Assembly: GCA_965216875.1 (NCBI GenBank)
Contig: OZ244207.1
Location: forward strand, 5,472,001 to 5,536,000
From: Rubripirellula sp.
GTDB taxonomy: Bacteria > Planctomycetota > Planctomycetia > Pirellulales > Pirellulaceae
Reading direction: 5' to 3'
Length of the DNA: 64,000 nt
Numbering within the stretch: position 1 is the first letter of the stretch; each line of letters starts with the position of its first letter. A model generated the notes under the pieces. That model ran no database searches. It saw nothing but the letters and a program-made list of their open reading frames with translations, and was not told where the DNA came from. A program made the position numbers and the translations under genes. Positions 1 through 10,455 of the stretch are shown here, one piece after another.

Positions 1-87
1 TTGAATCGTCGGCTGGTTAGGTTGCACCTGCCACCCAGCGAAGTCGGTGCCGTCATACGCAATCGTCAACTTGAAGCTGCGTGACAA
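1..87 (-). CDS. truA: tRNA pseudouridine(38-40) synthase TruA, N-terminal part (runs off window start)
   Basis: Manual minus-strand translation from TTG at 87 gives [29 protein letters not shown], containing the TruA YDGxxFxGWQxQ motif; lies directly downstream of asd. Confidence 0.92.
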   Translation of the reverse strand, partial: MSRSFKLTIAYDGTDFAGWQVQPNQPTIQ

Positions 88-107
88 AACTTGACCTCAA
101 ACCGGTC

Positions 108-1124
108 TTAACCAACCGCTGCCGATCGCTCGACCAACAACTCGGCGATCTGGACGGCGTTGGTCGCAGCACCCTTGCGAAGGTTGTCGCTCACGCACCA
201 AAACGTCAGGCCGTTTTCGCTGCTGATGTCTTTACGGATTCGACCGATGAAGACATCATCCTTGCCATCGCAATCGCGCGGCATGGGGTACTTGCGATTG
301 GCGAGGTCATCGACGACCGTCACGCCGTCTGCGCCGCTAAGCAGCTCGGTCGCTTCTTCGAGCGAAAGTGGCCGCTCGGTTTCAACGAGAATCGATTCGC
401 TGTGTCCGATGGTAACCGGCACACGCACGCAAGTTGGACAAACTTGAATCTCTTCGTCACCCATGATCTTGCGAGTCTCGTACACCATCTTCATTTCTTC
501 GCTGGTGTAGCCTTCGTACTTTTCCGATCCAATCTGAGGAATCAGGTTGAAACCGATTGGATACTGGAACGTCTCGGGCGGATGAACATCGCCGGCAAGC
601 GCCTTTTGCACACTCTGCTCGAGCTCGGCGTTGCCTGCGATCCCAGCGCCGCTGGTCGCTTGATACGTGCTGACCACAACGCGACGAACACGTGCGGCTT
701 TATGAAGCGGTGCGAGCGCGACGACCATTTGAGTGGTGCTGCAGTTCGGGCTGGCAATGATCCCTTTGTGATCATCGACCGCTTCCGGATTCACCTCGGG
801 AATGACCAACGGGACGTTGGGGTCCATTCGCCAAAAGCCACTTTCGTCGACAACGACAGCACCTTCTTCGACGGCCCATTTACAGAAGTCAGCCGAAACT
901 TCGTCGGGCGTGCTTGCGATCACCAGATCGACATCTTTGAACGCCCCCGGCTCGAGCAACTCGATCTTCAACGTTTCGTCACCGACTGTGACTTCGCGTC
1001 CGACAGAGCGTTCGGAGGCGAGAAGTTTCAAACGCTTGTAAGGAAACTTCCTTGCGACAAGCTGTTCCAAGACGATGCGGCCAACAGCGCCAGTGGCGCC
1101 GACGAGGGCAATTGATTCGTACAC
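108..1124 (-). CDS. asd: Aspartate-semialdehyde dehydrogenase
   Basis: GATGAVG Rossmann motif, catalytic PNCST, STYQATSGAG, DNLRKGAATNAVQIAE. Confidence 0.97.
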   Translation of the reverse strand: MYESIALVGATGAVGRIVLEQLVARKFPYKRLKLLASERSVGREVTVGDETLKIELLEPGAFKDVDLVIASTPDEVSADFCKWAVEEGAVVVDESGFWRMDPNVPLVIPEVNPEAVDDHKGIIASPNCSTTQMVVALAPLHKAARVRRVVVSTYQATSGAGIAGNAELEQSVQKALAGDVHPPETFQYPIGFNLIPQIGSEKYEGYTSEEMKMVYETRKIMGDEEIQVCPTCVRVPVTIGHSESILVETERPLSLEEATELLSGADGVTVVDDLANRKYPMPRDCDGKDDVFIGRIRKDISSENGLTFWCVSDNLRKGAATNAVQIAELLVERSAAVG

Positions 1125-1292
1125 GGGTTTACGAGTTTTGAAGGGTTAGGGGTTGAGTATGAAAGTGAACAGGCGGTCAAACAAAGGCCACCAGGGTTTG
1201 CCAGGTAGGCGACAGCAATCGCGAGACCATGTTCGAGCCGTCTAGACACACCTGCCACGCGGCAGGTGATCAAGTATCCGATACAGATTCAA

Positions 1293-2483
1293 TTATTTCT
1301 GCAGCTCTTCGATCGCTTCGGTCAACGAGTCGGTCACCAATCCGTAGCCACCGCGACCTTCGACCACGCGCGATTCGACATCGATCAAAACGTCCTCGGA
1401 CGATGCTTCCCAGAACTTGGTGATCTCTTCTTTGGGAAGCGGCTTGTAGGAACGGAACAAACGAAACCCGACTCCGCGAGCGGGATCGCTGGTGAACCAC
1501 CATGGGCTTTTTGGAAAGTTAGGGTCTTCCGATTTCCACTCTTCATCTTCCGAGGCCAAACGTACAGCACTTCGAAGATCGGGTGGATCCATTTCCCAGC
1601 TGCCACCACGCACGACGCAGGGGTAGGCCGTTTCAGGCCACTGCACAGCGGCAGTTGCATTGCTATCGGCTTTGAGCCAATCGTAACCTTCTTCGCTGTA
1701 TTGTCCGACTGCCCATTCGGCGACATTGCCGTGCATGTCGTGCAATCCGTAGGGGTTTGGTTTCTTCGTTGCGACGGTTTCCGGACCGGAGTCAGCGTTA
1801 TCAAAGAACCAAGCGTAGTCCTCGATCGCGTCAGCATCGTCGCCCCAGCTGAAGGCGGTTGTGGTTCCACCGCGAGCTGCGTATTCCCATTCCGCTTCGG
1901 TTGGCAAACGGTATTGCTGGCCAGTGACATGGCTCAACCATTTGGTGTATTGCTGGGCCGCGTATTGGGTCATCGTGACAGCTGGCTGAAGCGGTTCTTC
2001 GCCGTACTCGTAGGTAAAGCTCGAATCGTACAACTCGGTTGGCGCGGTGATCGCGTCGACGCGGTTGTCGTCATCAACGGTGCGCAAACCTTTGGCTTCG
2101 AACTCTTTGAAGATCGCGTAGAGGCTCATGAAGTGTTTGTATTGCGACCAAGTCACTTCCGTTTTGGCGACCCACATCGGGTCGACAGTCAACTTGACTT
2201 GTGGACCTTCGTCGTCGTTTCGATCGTCTTCGCCATCAGGACTTCCGAACAAGAAGGTTCCGCCAGGAACAGGAACCATCTCGAACTCGATGTCGGTTCC
2301 GGGAATCTTGGAGGTGTACGGAACCATGTAGCCATCAGCTACTTTGACCGACGGACCTTCAGCCGGTTTATCTTTCGAGATGCCGACCGTTTCATCTGCG
2401 CAAACGTTCGAAACCAAAACGGCCAAACAGAGGACCGACAGCGTCACATATTTCACGAGTATCTTTACCTGATTTTGAATCAC
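1293..2483 (-). CDS. Secreted formylglycine-generating enzyme (FGE-sulfatase/SUMF1) domain protein
   Basis: Signal peptide; TEVT, YRLPTEAEWEYAARGG, PNPYGLHDMHGNVAEW, RGGSW, GFRL motifs. Confidence 0.9.
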   Translation of the reverse strand: MIQNQVKILVKYVTLSVLCLAVLVSNVCADETVGISKDKPAEGPSVKVADGYMVPYTSKIPGTDIEFEMVPVPGGTFLFGSPDGEDDRNDDEGPQVKLTVDPMWVAKTEVTWSQYKHFMSLYAIFKEFEAKGLRTVDDDNRVDAITAPTELYDSSFTYEYGEEPLQPAVTMTQYAAQQYTKWLSHVTGQQYRLPTEAEWEYAARGGTTTAFSWGDDADAIEDYAWFFDNADSGPETVATKKPNPYGLHDMHGNVAEWAVGQYSEEGYDWLKADSNATAAVQWPETAYPCVVRGGSWEMDPPDLRSAVRLASEDEEWKSEDPNFPKSPWWFTSDPARGVGFRLFRSYKPLPKEEITKFWEASSEDVLIDVESRVVEGRGGYGLVTDSLTEAIEELQK

Positions 2484-2612
2484 GAGGCGTGCATGAGGTG
2501 GGACCGGCGGACCGCTGAAAGGGCCTCGACCGGGCCTCTCATACTAAATCATCGCCGCCGAAAACCTAGGGCTGTTGCGGCTTTTCGCGACCCGTGAGAC
2601 GGCGAAAAACGC

Positions 2613-3998
2613 CTACCCGCACGCATTTCCGCACTGCTCGGCGAAACCGTCGCGATGCTTCAAGCCGACGACTATCGCGGGATAAAGCAACACTACAAGC
2701 CACAAAAGGGTGGCAGGAGTCGCAAAGGTGTCCAAACACGTGTCCTCGAACACGCCCGAAACCAGCACGTACATCGAGACCCCGCGAATCAGCGGCTCAG
2801 ACGATGTCAGCCCATATGCCAGGCTCCACAGCAGCAGCGCCGCGACCAAAATGCCCGCCAAAATGCCTCCCGAGAGCAAGACGTGCAGCATCAAGTTGTG
2901 GGGATGATGCGAATGCTGGGCAAGCAAATAGGGAGCGCTGTTGAGCCCGTAGCCGGTCACCGGACGCTCGGAAATCAACCGCACCGTCTCGGCCCAAATC
3001 TCCGTTCGACCCGTCGCCGAAGTCAACTCTTCGACCTGCCCCGTTTTCGTTCCGGCCGAGAGCAGGAACTTGCCAATCACCTGCCCACCGGTCACCAACT
3101 CAACGGCGAACAGACCAAAACCAACAACCAACATCATCGACAAAGCGATCGCCAAGCCACCGCGACTGGATAACCGGTCAGCCACCAAGAACAAGGCTGC
3201 AACGGCGCCCGCCAGCAATGCAGTTCGACTAAACGCAGCCACCACGGTGACGGCCGATAGCACAATCACCAACATCAGCATCGTGCGTCGAAACGGAAGG
3301 GTTGGCGCGAGCTCGCGGCTGCGTAGCATCGACAAACCGAGCAAACCAGCAAGCGCCGCGATTCTTCCGACGGCGTTCGGATGGCCGAGTCCGCCCATGC
3401 GCCCCACTTGAACGGTCTCGGTCAATTCTTCTTGAAAGATCCCGATTGACGGCACGATCCAGTAGAGCCCCCAATTGACGACCATGTTGACCGTCATTCC
3501 GATCAAGAGCGCCGTCACCAATCCGCGCAGTCCAATCACCAACAACGCGGTCGGCACAAAAAGCAGATAGGCAAGGTAAATCAACGAAGCCGCTCGTGAG
3601 ACATTGGCGACTTGGTCGATGGCAAAAACCGAGGTGAGCAGAAAGACGCCGGCCAGCGCCGTGGTCACGATGCCCGGAACGCCCACCAAACTGCGGCGAA
3701 CGATCAAGCTGTTGATCCATCCCCAGACCCCGATCATGGCTGCGCAAGCAGCAATCCCCAACTTGATCGCAACCTGCCAATCGAGTCCGACGCGATCACC
3801 AAGATTGTCGACGAAATTGATGTCGACCATGTTCCCAAAACCGGCAGCGCATGCGACCACGCTGCACGCGATCGGCAGGAGTGCTTGCGAGCGAACCTGG
3901 GTTCGGGGCGCCGAGACAAATGGGGCAGCGGAAACGGAAGACAAACCGAATTCCAAACGAGAGATACGAAGGGTTCGAATCACGGGGACCGCGAACAT
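2613..3998 (-). CDS. O-antigen ligase/Wzy_C family membrane protein (start uncertain)
   Basis: Many TM segments; GHPN, SRTA, TGRTEIW...PVTGYG, HPHN motifs. The ORF-track start at 4076 lies inside a REP repeat, so the ATG at 3998 is used. Confidence 0.8.
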   Translation of the reverse strand: MFAVPVIRTLRISRLEFGLSSVSAAPFVSAPRTQVRSQALLPIACSVVACAAGFGNMVDINFVDNLGDRVGLDWQVAIKLGIAACAAMIGVWGWINSLIVRRSLVGVPGIVTTALAGVFLLTSVFAIDQVANVSRAASLIYLAYLLFVPTALLVIGLRGLVTALLIGMTVNMVVNWGLYWIVPSIGIFQEELTETVQVGRMGGLGHPNAVGRIAALAGLLGLSMLRSRELAPTLPFRRTMLMLVIVLSAVTVVAAFSRTALLAGAVAALFLVADRLSSRGGLAIALSMMLVVGFGLFAVELVTGGQVIGKFLLSAGTKTGQVEELTSATGRTEIWAETVRLISERPVTGYGLNSAPYLLAQHSHHPHNLMLHVLLSGGILAGILVAALLLWSLAYGLTSSEPLIRGVSMYVLVSGVFEDTCLDTFATPATLLWLVVLLYPAIVVGLKHRDGFAEQCGNACG

Positions 3999-4046
3999 TC
4001 TAGTTGCGGGCTGCAGAGTTGCAGCAGAATTCGCACGCGCGGCGAT

Positions 4047-4537
4047 GTAGGCCGGATCAAGGAGCGTCAGCGACACAGATCCGGCATCAGCCGCAGAGCG
4101 ATAGCTCGCGGTTCTCCAGCGCTACTTCAGGCCCATCCGCCTAAAGGCGGTACTACGAACAGTGATGTAGGCCGGATCAAGGAGCGTCAGCGACACAGAT
4201 CCGGCACAGCAACAGGAATCATTATCAGCCGCAGAGCGATAGCTCGCGGTTTTCAGCGCTACTTCAGGCCCATCCGCCTAAAGGCGGTACTACGAACAGT
4301 GATGTAGGCCGGATCAAGGAGCGACAGCGACGCCGATCCGGCACAGCAACAGGAATCATTATCAGCCGCTGAGCGATAGCTCGCGGTTTTCAGCGCTTCT
4401 TCAAGGCCCATCCGCCTAAAGGCGGTACTACGAACAGGAGAGCGATCGTTCGCGGTTTTCCCAATGACTCCACAACTCGCAAGAGAACCGCTGGCTATCG
4501 CCAGGCGGCTGATTTTGGCCCATCCGCCTAAAGGCGG
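4047..4537. repeat. Tandem composite REP/BIME-like array (3 full units of ~120-137 bp plus a partial unit)
   Basis: Units start with GTAGGCCGGATC at 4047, 4167 and 4304; each also has AGCCGC(A/T)GAGCGATAGCTCGCGGTT and CCGCCTAAAGGCGGTACTAC. Confidence 0.9.
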
Positions 4538-4552
4538 ACGAACCCGAGAGCG

Positions 4553-5935
4553 TTATCGGTTCAGCGAATCGGGGCGGCGGCCGAGTTCGACCGTCAGATC
4601 AAGAGGCTGGCCATCGCGAATCACAGCAATCTCGACGGCAGTTCCCGACAGGCATCCGCCGATGATTCTCATCAAGTGCCCGGTGTCTCGAACCGCCTGA
4701 CCATTGATGCTGACAACCATATCGCCTTCATGCATGCCGCCGATCGCCGCAGGTGAAAGGCGGTGCGTCACCGAACTGATGATTGCACCTCGAACACGCG
4801 GGTCATCGCTGACGAGGCGTTCGTCGGGGACTTCCAAAAGTTTGACGCCCAACCAACCACGTTCGACATGGCCGAATTCACGCAAGCGATGGTAGACCTC
4901 TTTGGCAACATTGCTTGGGATCGAGAAGCTAACGCCTTGATAGGTGTCGCCTACGATCGCTGTGTTGATCCCAACAAGGCGTCCACGAGCATCGACAAGT
5001 GGTCCGCCGCTGTTTCCGGGATTCACCGCGACGTCACTTTGCATGAAGTCTTGATACTGAGTGCTCGCACGCACCATGCGGTGCTTGCCACTCAAGATTC
5101 CAAAGGTCACCGTTCGATCGAGTCCAAAGGGGCTGCCGACGGCCCATACTGGCGATCCAACACGACATCGATCGCTATCACCCCAAGTGATGGGGATCAG
5201 TTGATTGGAATCAATTTTCAAAACCGCCAAGTCGGTCAGTGAATCGGTTCCCACGACCACCGCGGTTGCTCGGCGACCGTCGCTCAGCGTGACGGTGATG
5301 TCTTCGCCATCGGCAACAACATGTCGATTGGTCAGTAGGTACCCCGACTCGTCGACAACGACACCGCTACCTTGATCCGACAGCGGCATTGATGAGTGAA
5401 TGCGACCGACATCGGATTGCTCGATCGTGGGGCGACGTTGCACTTCGATATGAACGACACTTGGCCCAACCGCGGCAGTGACCATCTGGTATGCGTCACT
5501 CAGTGCGTCGAGTGAAACGTTCCTCAGTCCATCGGTTCCCGCTTCGTATTCGGCTCGCAGTTCACCGCGATACCACGCATAGCGAATCTCTTCGACGATC
5601 CCCGGGATCGCAAATCGAGCGGCCCCCAACATCAATCCCATCGTCAGCAGCAACATCAAGCTTTGCAACAAAGGATCGGGGCGTCGCCGATTGGCGCGTT
5701 TGTTCGAAGGCTGGGCGGGCTTGGTGTCTTTCGCTGGTGGTCGCTGACCAGCTGGATCGATGCGTCGCAGCTCGAGGGGCGGGATCGATGTTCCCGCGCG
5801 ACCGTTTGTTGACACCTGTCTCATGGGGATACCGGAACTCATAGGGTTACCGGCGTGATCCTGGACGTCTTCCGAACACTCTTGTGGCGAGTGAGTCGGA
5901 GGTTGCGAACGTTCAGGATGCAAATCAGGCGTCAT
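4553..5935 (-). CDS. HtrA/DegP-like membrane-anchored serine protease with PDZ domain
   Basis: TM anchor; triad motifs LTNRHVV, TDLAVL, NPGNSGGPL; C-terminal PDZ (RGWLGV...GDMVVSING). Confidence 0.92.
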   Translation of the reverse strand: MTPDLHPERSQPPTHSPQECSEDVQDHAGNPMSSGIPMRQVSTNGRAGTSIPPLELRRIDPAGQRPPAKDTKPAQPSNKRANRRRPDPLLQSLMLLLTMGLMLGAARFAIPGIVEEIRYAWYRGELRAEYEAGTDGLRNVSLDALSDAYQMVTAAVGPSVVHIEVQRRPTIEQSDVGRIHSSMPLSDQGSGVVVDESGYLLTNRHVVADGEDITVTLSDGRRATAVVVGTDSLTDLAVLKIDSNQLIPITWGDSDRCRVGSPVWAVGSPFGLDRTVTFGILSGKHRMVRASTQYQDFMQSDVAVNPGNSGGPLVDARGRLVGINTAIVGDTYQGVSFSIPSNVAKEVYHRLREFGHVERGWLGVKLLEVPDERLVSDDPRVRGAIISSVTHRLSPAAIGGMHEGDMVVSINGQAVRDTGHLMRIIGGCLSGTAVEIAVIRDGQPLDLTVELGRRPDSLNR

Positions 5936-6473
5936 TGACTGTTTTTTGAGTGATCACGGCGACACGCCGCCGTGAAGCTACTGCGAGCATGCAGATGATT
6001 GAAAAGTCATCGTCAATGGAAGCGAATTAGCAGGCTAAGACGCGGGAACTCATTGTAAGGCGCCGTCGAGCAAAATTGACAATGAAAAACGCTCAGAATG
6101 TCGCTTGCGAATCGAGTGACGCCCGCAAAGTCCCCCTTTCCAGAGGCATTTTGAGCCCGATGGTGGCCCGTTTCGGCGATTCACAGCAACCGTGCACTGC
6201 CAGAAACGACAGTTGGTTCTTCACCGGCACGTTTCGCCGCGCCGGAACGGACACACGACCGGACCCCATCTATCGGGGGCGTGGCAAATCGCAAAACCGT
6301 ATAATTTCAGGCGGTCAACTTGCCGACGCGTCGTGCCAACATCCAAGCACGATCCGATCACGAACGAGACCTGCATTCTCGGTTTGCCGCCATGTCAAAA
6401 CAGGTTTGGCAAAGTATCTTGTCCCGTTCCCAACCCGATTCACTCATAAACGCTGCGCGAAAAATACTCTCCC

Positions 6474-8567
6474 ATGGCCCATCCCGCACGTGACTCGATC
6501 TACGAAGCGCTCGCCTCGATCCGATTGATCGATCCGCATACCCACATCAACCCGCACTCGCCAGCTTCGTCGACCCTCGCCGACTTGCTTGGGTACCACT
6601 ACTACACCGAGCTGGCACACTCGGCCGGAATGCCCAAAGAGCAGATTGAAGAAGAAGGCATTGGGCCGCGCGAATTGGTGCGACGTCTGATTGAGAACCT
6701 GGGGCCCATCGAAAACACCGCCCAGTACAGTTGGCTGATCGAAATCTGCCGAACCTTCTTTGGATTCGAAGGCGATCGACTTGACTCGTCGAATTGGGAA
6801 ACCGTCTACGACGCCGCCGAGTCACAGATGGCTCTGGCCGAGTGGCCGCAAATGGTGCTCGACCAAAGCAACGTCGAAGCCGTTTTCCTGACCAATGACT
6901 TTGACGACGAGCTGGCCGGCTTCGACACCGACACCTACATCCCGTGTTTGCGCACCGATGACTTGGTGTTTCATCTGGCAAAGTATCAAACTCGCCAGCG
7001 CCTTGAAGCATGTACCGGCATCACGCTCGACGGAACGCTCAACAGCTTGCGTGATTCGCTCAATCAGCGATTCGAGCACTTTGTTGCGGCCGGTGCACGG
7101 GCGTGTGCAATCTCGCTGCCGCCAACGTTCTCGCCCCTTCCCGTAAGCGACGGGCGAGCAAGCACCGCGCTTGATGAGATCCTCCGCAAAGGGGCGGTTG
7201 CCGATGACGCACATCAGCAAGCTCTCTCTCGTCGTGTCTTTTGGACGCTCGCCGAACTTTGCGACCAATATGGTCTGCCGTTCGACTTGATGATCGGCGT
7301 CAACCGAGGTGTTTACGGGGCTGGCGTCTTTCAAGGACAAGACTTGTATGACAGCCGGGTCTCGCTGATTCAATACAAAGAACTTTTTAACGCGTTTCCG
7401 AAGGTCAAGTTCCCGATCTCGGTCTTGGCGAGTGTGACAAACCAAGAACTGGTTTCGTATTCATGGATCTTCCCCAACGTGTTGACCAATGGACATTGGT
7501 GGTACAGCAACACACCTTCGTTCATTGCTCGCGATGCCGCGTCGAGATTGGAAGCGGTTCCGCAAACCAAACAGATCGCTTACTACAGCGATGCCTACAA
7601 ACTTGAATTCGTACTGCCCAAGTTTGACATGTATCGGCAAATCCTGGCGGGCGTCTTGGCCGAGCAATTCGTCGGCGATCGCGGTTGGAGCGAACAACGA
7701 GCTATCGAATTGGGTCGCCAAGTTCTACGTGACAACGTCGACACCGTCTTTCCCAAACCAACGCCACCCGAAGGCGGCGACACTTGGATGGAAGAGACCA
7801 TTCGGGACGAAGACCCGCAAGCGACCTGGACAAGCGGCCAAGCACCCGGCACCTCAGCAGCACTCGCCGCTGGCGCCATCGGCATGGTCGAAGTCGAACC
7901 AGGCGAAGCCGGCGACGAGGGACTCTCCGGCAGCAACGAAGGCTTCTCGACGGTGATCGAAACGCCCGCAGATCAGTTGGCTGAACATGATGAAATGGAA
8001 ACCATCATCGAAGACTCACCGGGCGCCCTCTCGCTCGATGAGTCGGACGAACTTCCACCACTTTCGGATCGACCAACCGTGGTCGAGGACCTCAGTGGCG
8101 AAGAACTGCCGCTCGACCCAGTCCCAACCGCCGACGAAATTCAATCTGTTGGCGTCGCCGATGTCGAACTGCAAGATTTCGCATCGGGTGGATCGATGCC
8201 GACGGCGGAAACCATTGAAATGGAAGCGGATGTCGAACCGCTCGACGTAGGTGATCTCACCGGTGATCTTACCGGCGACGACACTGCGGATACCAACAGC
8301 GATGTGCGTCAACTGCGAGGCGACACCTCGTTCGCACCCGATGAAGAATCGCTTCAGCTGCAAGCGAATCCGACCACCGGCGAACTCACCTTTCCAGTCG
8401 AGCAAGAGGGTGACCAAGCATCACTTGATGATCAACTGATGCTTGATCCGGAAAAGACAGTCGACGACACAGCGTCACTGCAAGAGACCGTTCCCATCGA
8501 AGACGCTTCCGACATCGGTGCCGATGATCTTGAGATTGTCGAAGACGACACCGATCAGGAAAAGTAG
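6474..8567 (+). CDS. uxaC: Uronate (glucuronate) isomerase, amidohydrolase family, with long acidic C-terminal extension
   Basis: DPHTH metal motif, LLGYHYY, FLTNDF, HWWYSN, YYSDAYKLE; last ~270 aa are D/E-rich low complexity. Confidence 0.75.
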   Translation: MAHPARDSIYEALASIRLIDPHTHINPHSPASSTLADLLGYHYYTELAHSAGMPKEQIEEEGIGPRELVRRLIENLGPIENTAQYSWLIEICRTFFGFEGDRLDSSNWETVYDAAESQMALAEWPQMVLDQSNVEAVFLTNDFDDELAGFDTDTYIPCLRTDDLVFHLAKYQTRQRLEACTGITLDGTLNSLRDSLNQRFEHFVAAGARACAISLPPTFSPLPVSDGRASTALDEILRKGAVADDAHQQALSRRVFWTLAELCDQYGLPFDLMIGVNRGVYGAGVFQGQDLYDSRVSLIQYKELFNAFPKVKFPISVLASVTNQELVSYSWIFPNVLTNGHWWYSNTPSFIARDAASRLEAVPQTKQIAYYSDAYKLEFVLPKFDMYRQILAGVLAEQFVGDRGWSEQRAIELGRQVLRDNVDTVFPKPTPPEGGDTWMEETIRDEDPQATWTSGQAPGTSAALAAGAIGMVEVEPGEAGDEGLSGSNEGFSTVIETPADQLAEHDEMETIIEDSPGALSLDESDELPPLSDRPTVVEDLSGEELPLDPVPTADEIQSVGVADVELQDFASGGSMPTAETIEMEADVEPLDVGDLTGDLTGDDTADTNSDVRQLRGDTSFAPDEESLQLQANPTTGELTFPVEQEGDQASLDDQLMLDPEKTVDDTASLQETVPIEDASDIGADDLEIVEDDTDQEK

Positions 8568-8672
8568 GCCGGTATCACGGAGCGACAGCGACACGGATCC
8601 GGCATGATGCGTAACCCATGTCTCAGCAACTTCGATTTAGCGATCAAGGCCCGACGCTAGCGCGTTCGGCTC
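8564..8672. repeat. REP-like elements between convergent uxaC and leuA
   Basis: GTAGGCCGGTATCACGGAGCGACAGCGACACGGATCCGGC (same family as 4047) overlaps the uxaC TAG; GGCCCGACGCTAGCGCGTTCGGCTC is the reverse complement of 61114-61138. Confidence 0.8.
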
Positions 8673-8693
8673 ACGATCAAGTGAGCGCCAGCC

Positions 8694-10265
8694 TTACGCG
8701 GGACGTTTCTCGGCGATAATCCGATTGATTGCGTTGAGCATCGCCAGGATCGTGCTCTCGACGCTGTCGGTGCTAACGCCGACACCGCGATAGCTTCGTC
8801 CCTTGTGCTCGACTTCGAGGTTCACTTCGCCGATTGCATCGCGTCCGAGCGTGGCGCTGCGAACTCGAAAATCTTTGCAGACCACTTCGATGCCGGTGAT
8901 TTTCTCGACAGCCCAAAACGCAGCGTCGATGGGACCATCGCCCTGGTCAACACTTTCGGAACTCTCTTCCTCACCATGGCGCAGCGTCACGCGGACGTGC
9001 GGGGTCTTGTCGGTGCCGCTGGAAACTTCGTAGTTCACCAACGTCCACTCCCCTTCCCCGCCGCCACTGATTTGTTGCTGCACCAACGCGACGATGTCGC
9101 CGTCGTAAATCTCTTTCTTTTTGTCGGCCAAGATTTTGAATTGTTCAAAAACCGTTTGAAGTTGTTCGCCGGTCAACGTGAATCCGAGCGTCTTGGCGCG
9201 GTCTGCCAACGCGGCTCGGCCACTATGTTTACCGAGCACCAAGTCGGTCTTTGAAAACCCAACTTCCTCGGGCGACATGATCTCGTAAGTGCTTCGCTCT
9301 TTGAGCATGCCGTCTTGGTGAATCCCCGACTCATGAGCAAACGCGTTGCGACCCACGATCGCTTTGTTGCGTTGCACTTGAATGCCCGTGGTCTTGCTGA
9401 CCAACCGGCTCGCCGGAACAAGCTTGGTCGAATCGATCCGCGTTTCGAATTGGTAAAAGTCGCTCCGCGTTTTCATCGCCATCACTAACTCTTCGAGCGC
9501 GGCATTGCCGGCTCGTTCGCCAATGCCGTTGATCGTGCATTCGATTTGTCCGGCTCCGGCGGACACAGCTGCCAAACTGTTTGCGACGGCCATCCCCAAG
9601 TCATCGTGACAATGAGTGCTGATCACGGCCTTGTCGATATTCGGCACGCGGTTGCGCAACATTTTGAAGCGATCGTAGATCTCATTGGGTGTCGCGTACC
9701 CAACCGTGTCAGGAATATTGACCGTTGTTGCGCCCGCATCAATCGCTGCTTCGACCACGCGGCATAAAAAGTCGTATTCCGTTCGACAAGCGTCCTCAGG
9801 CGAGAACTCGATATCATCGCAGTACGACGCGGCACGTTTCACACCCGCAACGGCGCGCTGGACAATCTCATCAGGCGTCATCCGCAGTTTGAATTCGCGG
9901 TGAATGGCGCTGGTCGCAAGGAAGACATGGATCCGTGATTCGGGCGCGTGCTTGACCGCGTCCCAAGCTGCGTCGATGTCCTTGTCATTGCATCGTGCCA
10001 AGCCACAAATCGTTGAACCACGAACCGTTTGAGCGATCTGCTTGACCGCTTCAAAGTCGCCGGGGGATGCGATCGGAAAACCTGCCTCAATGATGTCGAC
10101 GCCCATGTCTGCAAGCAGCTGAGCCACCTCAAGTTTTTCGGCCAGGTTCATGCTTGCGCCTGGCGATTGTTCGCCGTCACGAAGCGTGGTGTCGAAAATC
10201 TTGATCATGCGTGGCTCGGGCGCCTGCGACGCATCCGTCTCTGGTTCAGCTTTTGGCTGTGACAT
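8694..10265 (-). CDS. leuA: 2-isopropylmalate synthase
   Basis: [42 protein letters not shown]-terminal regulatory domain with GDGPIDA. Confidence 0.97.
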   Translation of the reverse strand: MSQPKAEPETDASQAPEPRMIKIFDTTLRDGEQSPGASMNLAEKLEVAQLLADMGVDIIEAGFPIASPGDFEAVKQIAQTVRGSTICGLARCNDKDIDAAWDAVKHAPESRIHVFLATSAIHREFKLRMTPDEIVQRAVAGVKRAASYCDDIEFSPEDACRTEYDFLCRVVEAAIDAGATTVNIPDTVGYATPNEIYDRFKMLRNRVPNIDKAVISTHCHDDLGMAVANSLAAVSAGAGQIECTINGIGERAGNAALEELVMAMKTRSDFYQFETRIDSTKLVPASRLVSKTTGIQVQRNKAIVGRNAFAHESGIHQDGMLKERSTYEIMSPEEVGFSKTDLVLGKHSGRAALADRAKTLGFTLTGEQLQTVFEQFKILADKKKEIYDGDIVALVQQQISGGGEGEWTLVNYEVSSGTDKTPHVRVTLRHGEEESSESVDQGDGPIDAAFWAVEKITGIEVVCKDFRVRSATLGRDAIGEVNLEVEHKGRSYRGVGVSTDSVESTILAMLNAINRIIAEKRPA

Positions 10266-10315
10266 CGGTGGTTTCCCTGTGACCTTGTGTCAGTTGATGG
10301 GACGTGAAAAACAAT

Positions 10316-10347
10316 AAAAAAACCCGAGTCGCCGGGCGACTCGGGTT
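10316..10347 (-). terminator. Intrinsic terminator (attenuator) upstream of leuA
   Basis: Perfect 12-bp stem AACCCGAGTCGC-CGG-GCGACTCGGGTT (10321-10347) followed by a U-tract on the minus strand, ~50 nt before the leuA start. Confidence 0.88.
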
Positions 10348-10395
10348 CCTTGTGTCTCTTTCGTTTAGACCGCCTACGGTCTGGACAAACCCTGA

Positions 10396-10455
10396 TCACC
10401 CGCCATTTCGGCGTTGCAGTAGTAGCAGCGATAGGATCAGGTTCGTGCGGTTCAT
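10396..10455 (-). CDS. leu leader peptide MNRTNLILSLLLLQRRNGG
   Basis: 19-codon ORF with 6 Leu, including a CTG CTA CTA CTG run, immediately upstream of a terminator and leuA. Confidence 0.85.
   Translation of the reverse strand: MNRTNLILSLLLLQRRNGG

Noticed and set aside
81..2597. Long plus-strand ORFs 81-1115 and 1266-2597 (likewise 23890-25074, 28629-29648, 61337-62563)
   Set aside because: Antisense shadows of well-supported genes, typical of GC-rich codon bias, with no recognisable motifs
4047..4437. Possible CRISPR array
   Set aside because: The sequences between repeats are themselves near-identical rather than unique spacers, the units are REP hairpins, and no cas genes are present
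6076..6528. 150-aa ORF upstream of uxaC
   Set aside because: Overlaps the uxaC start, has atypical composition and lies in a divergent promoter region
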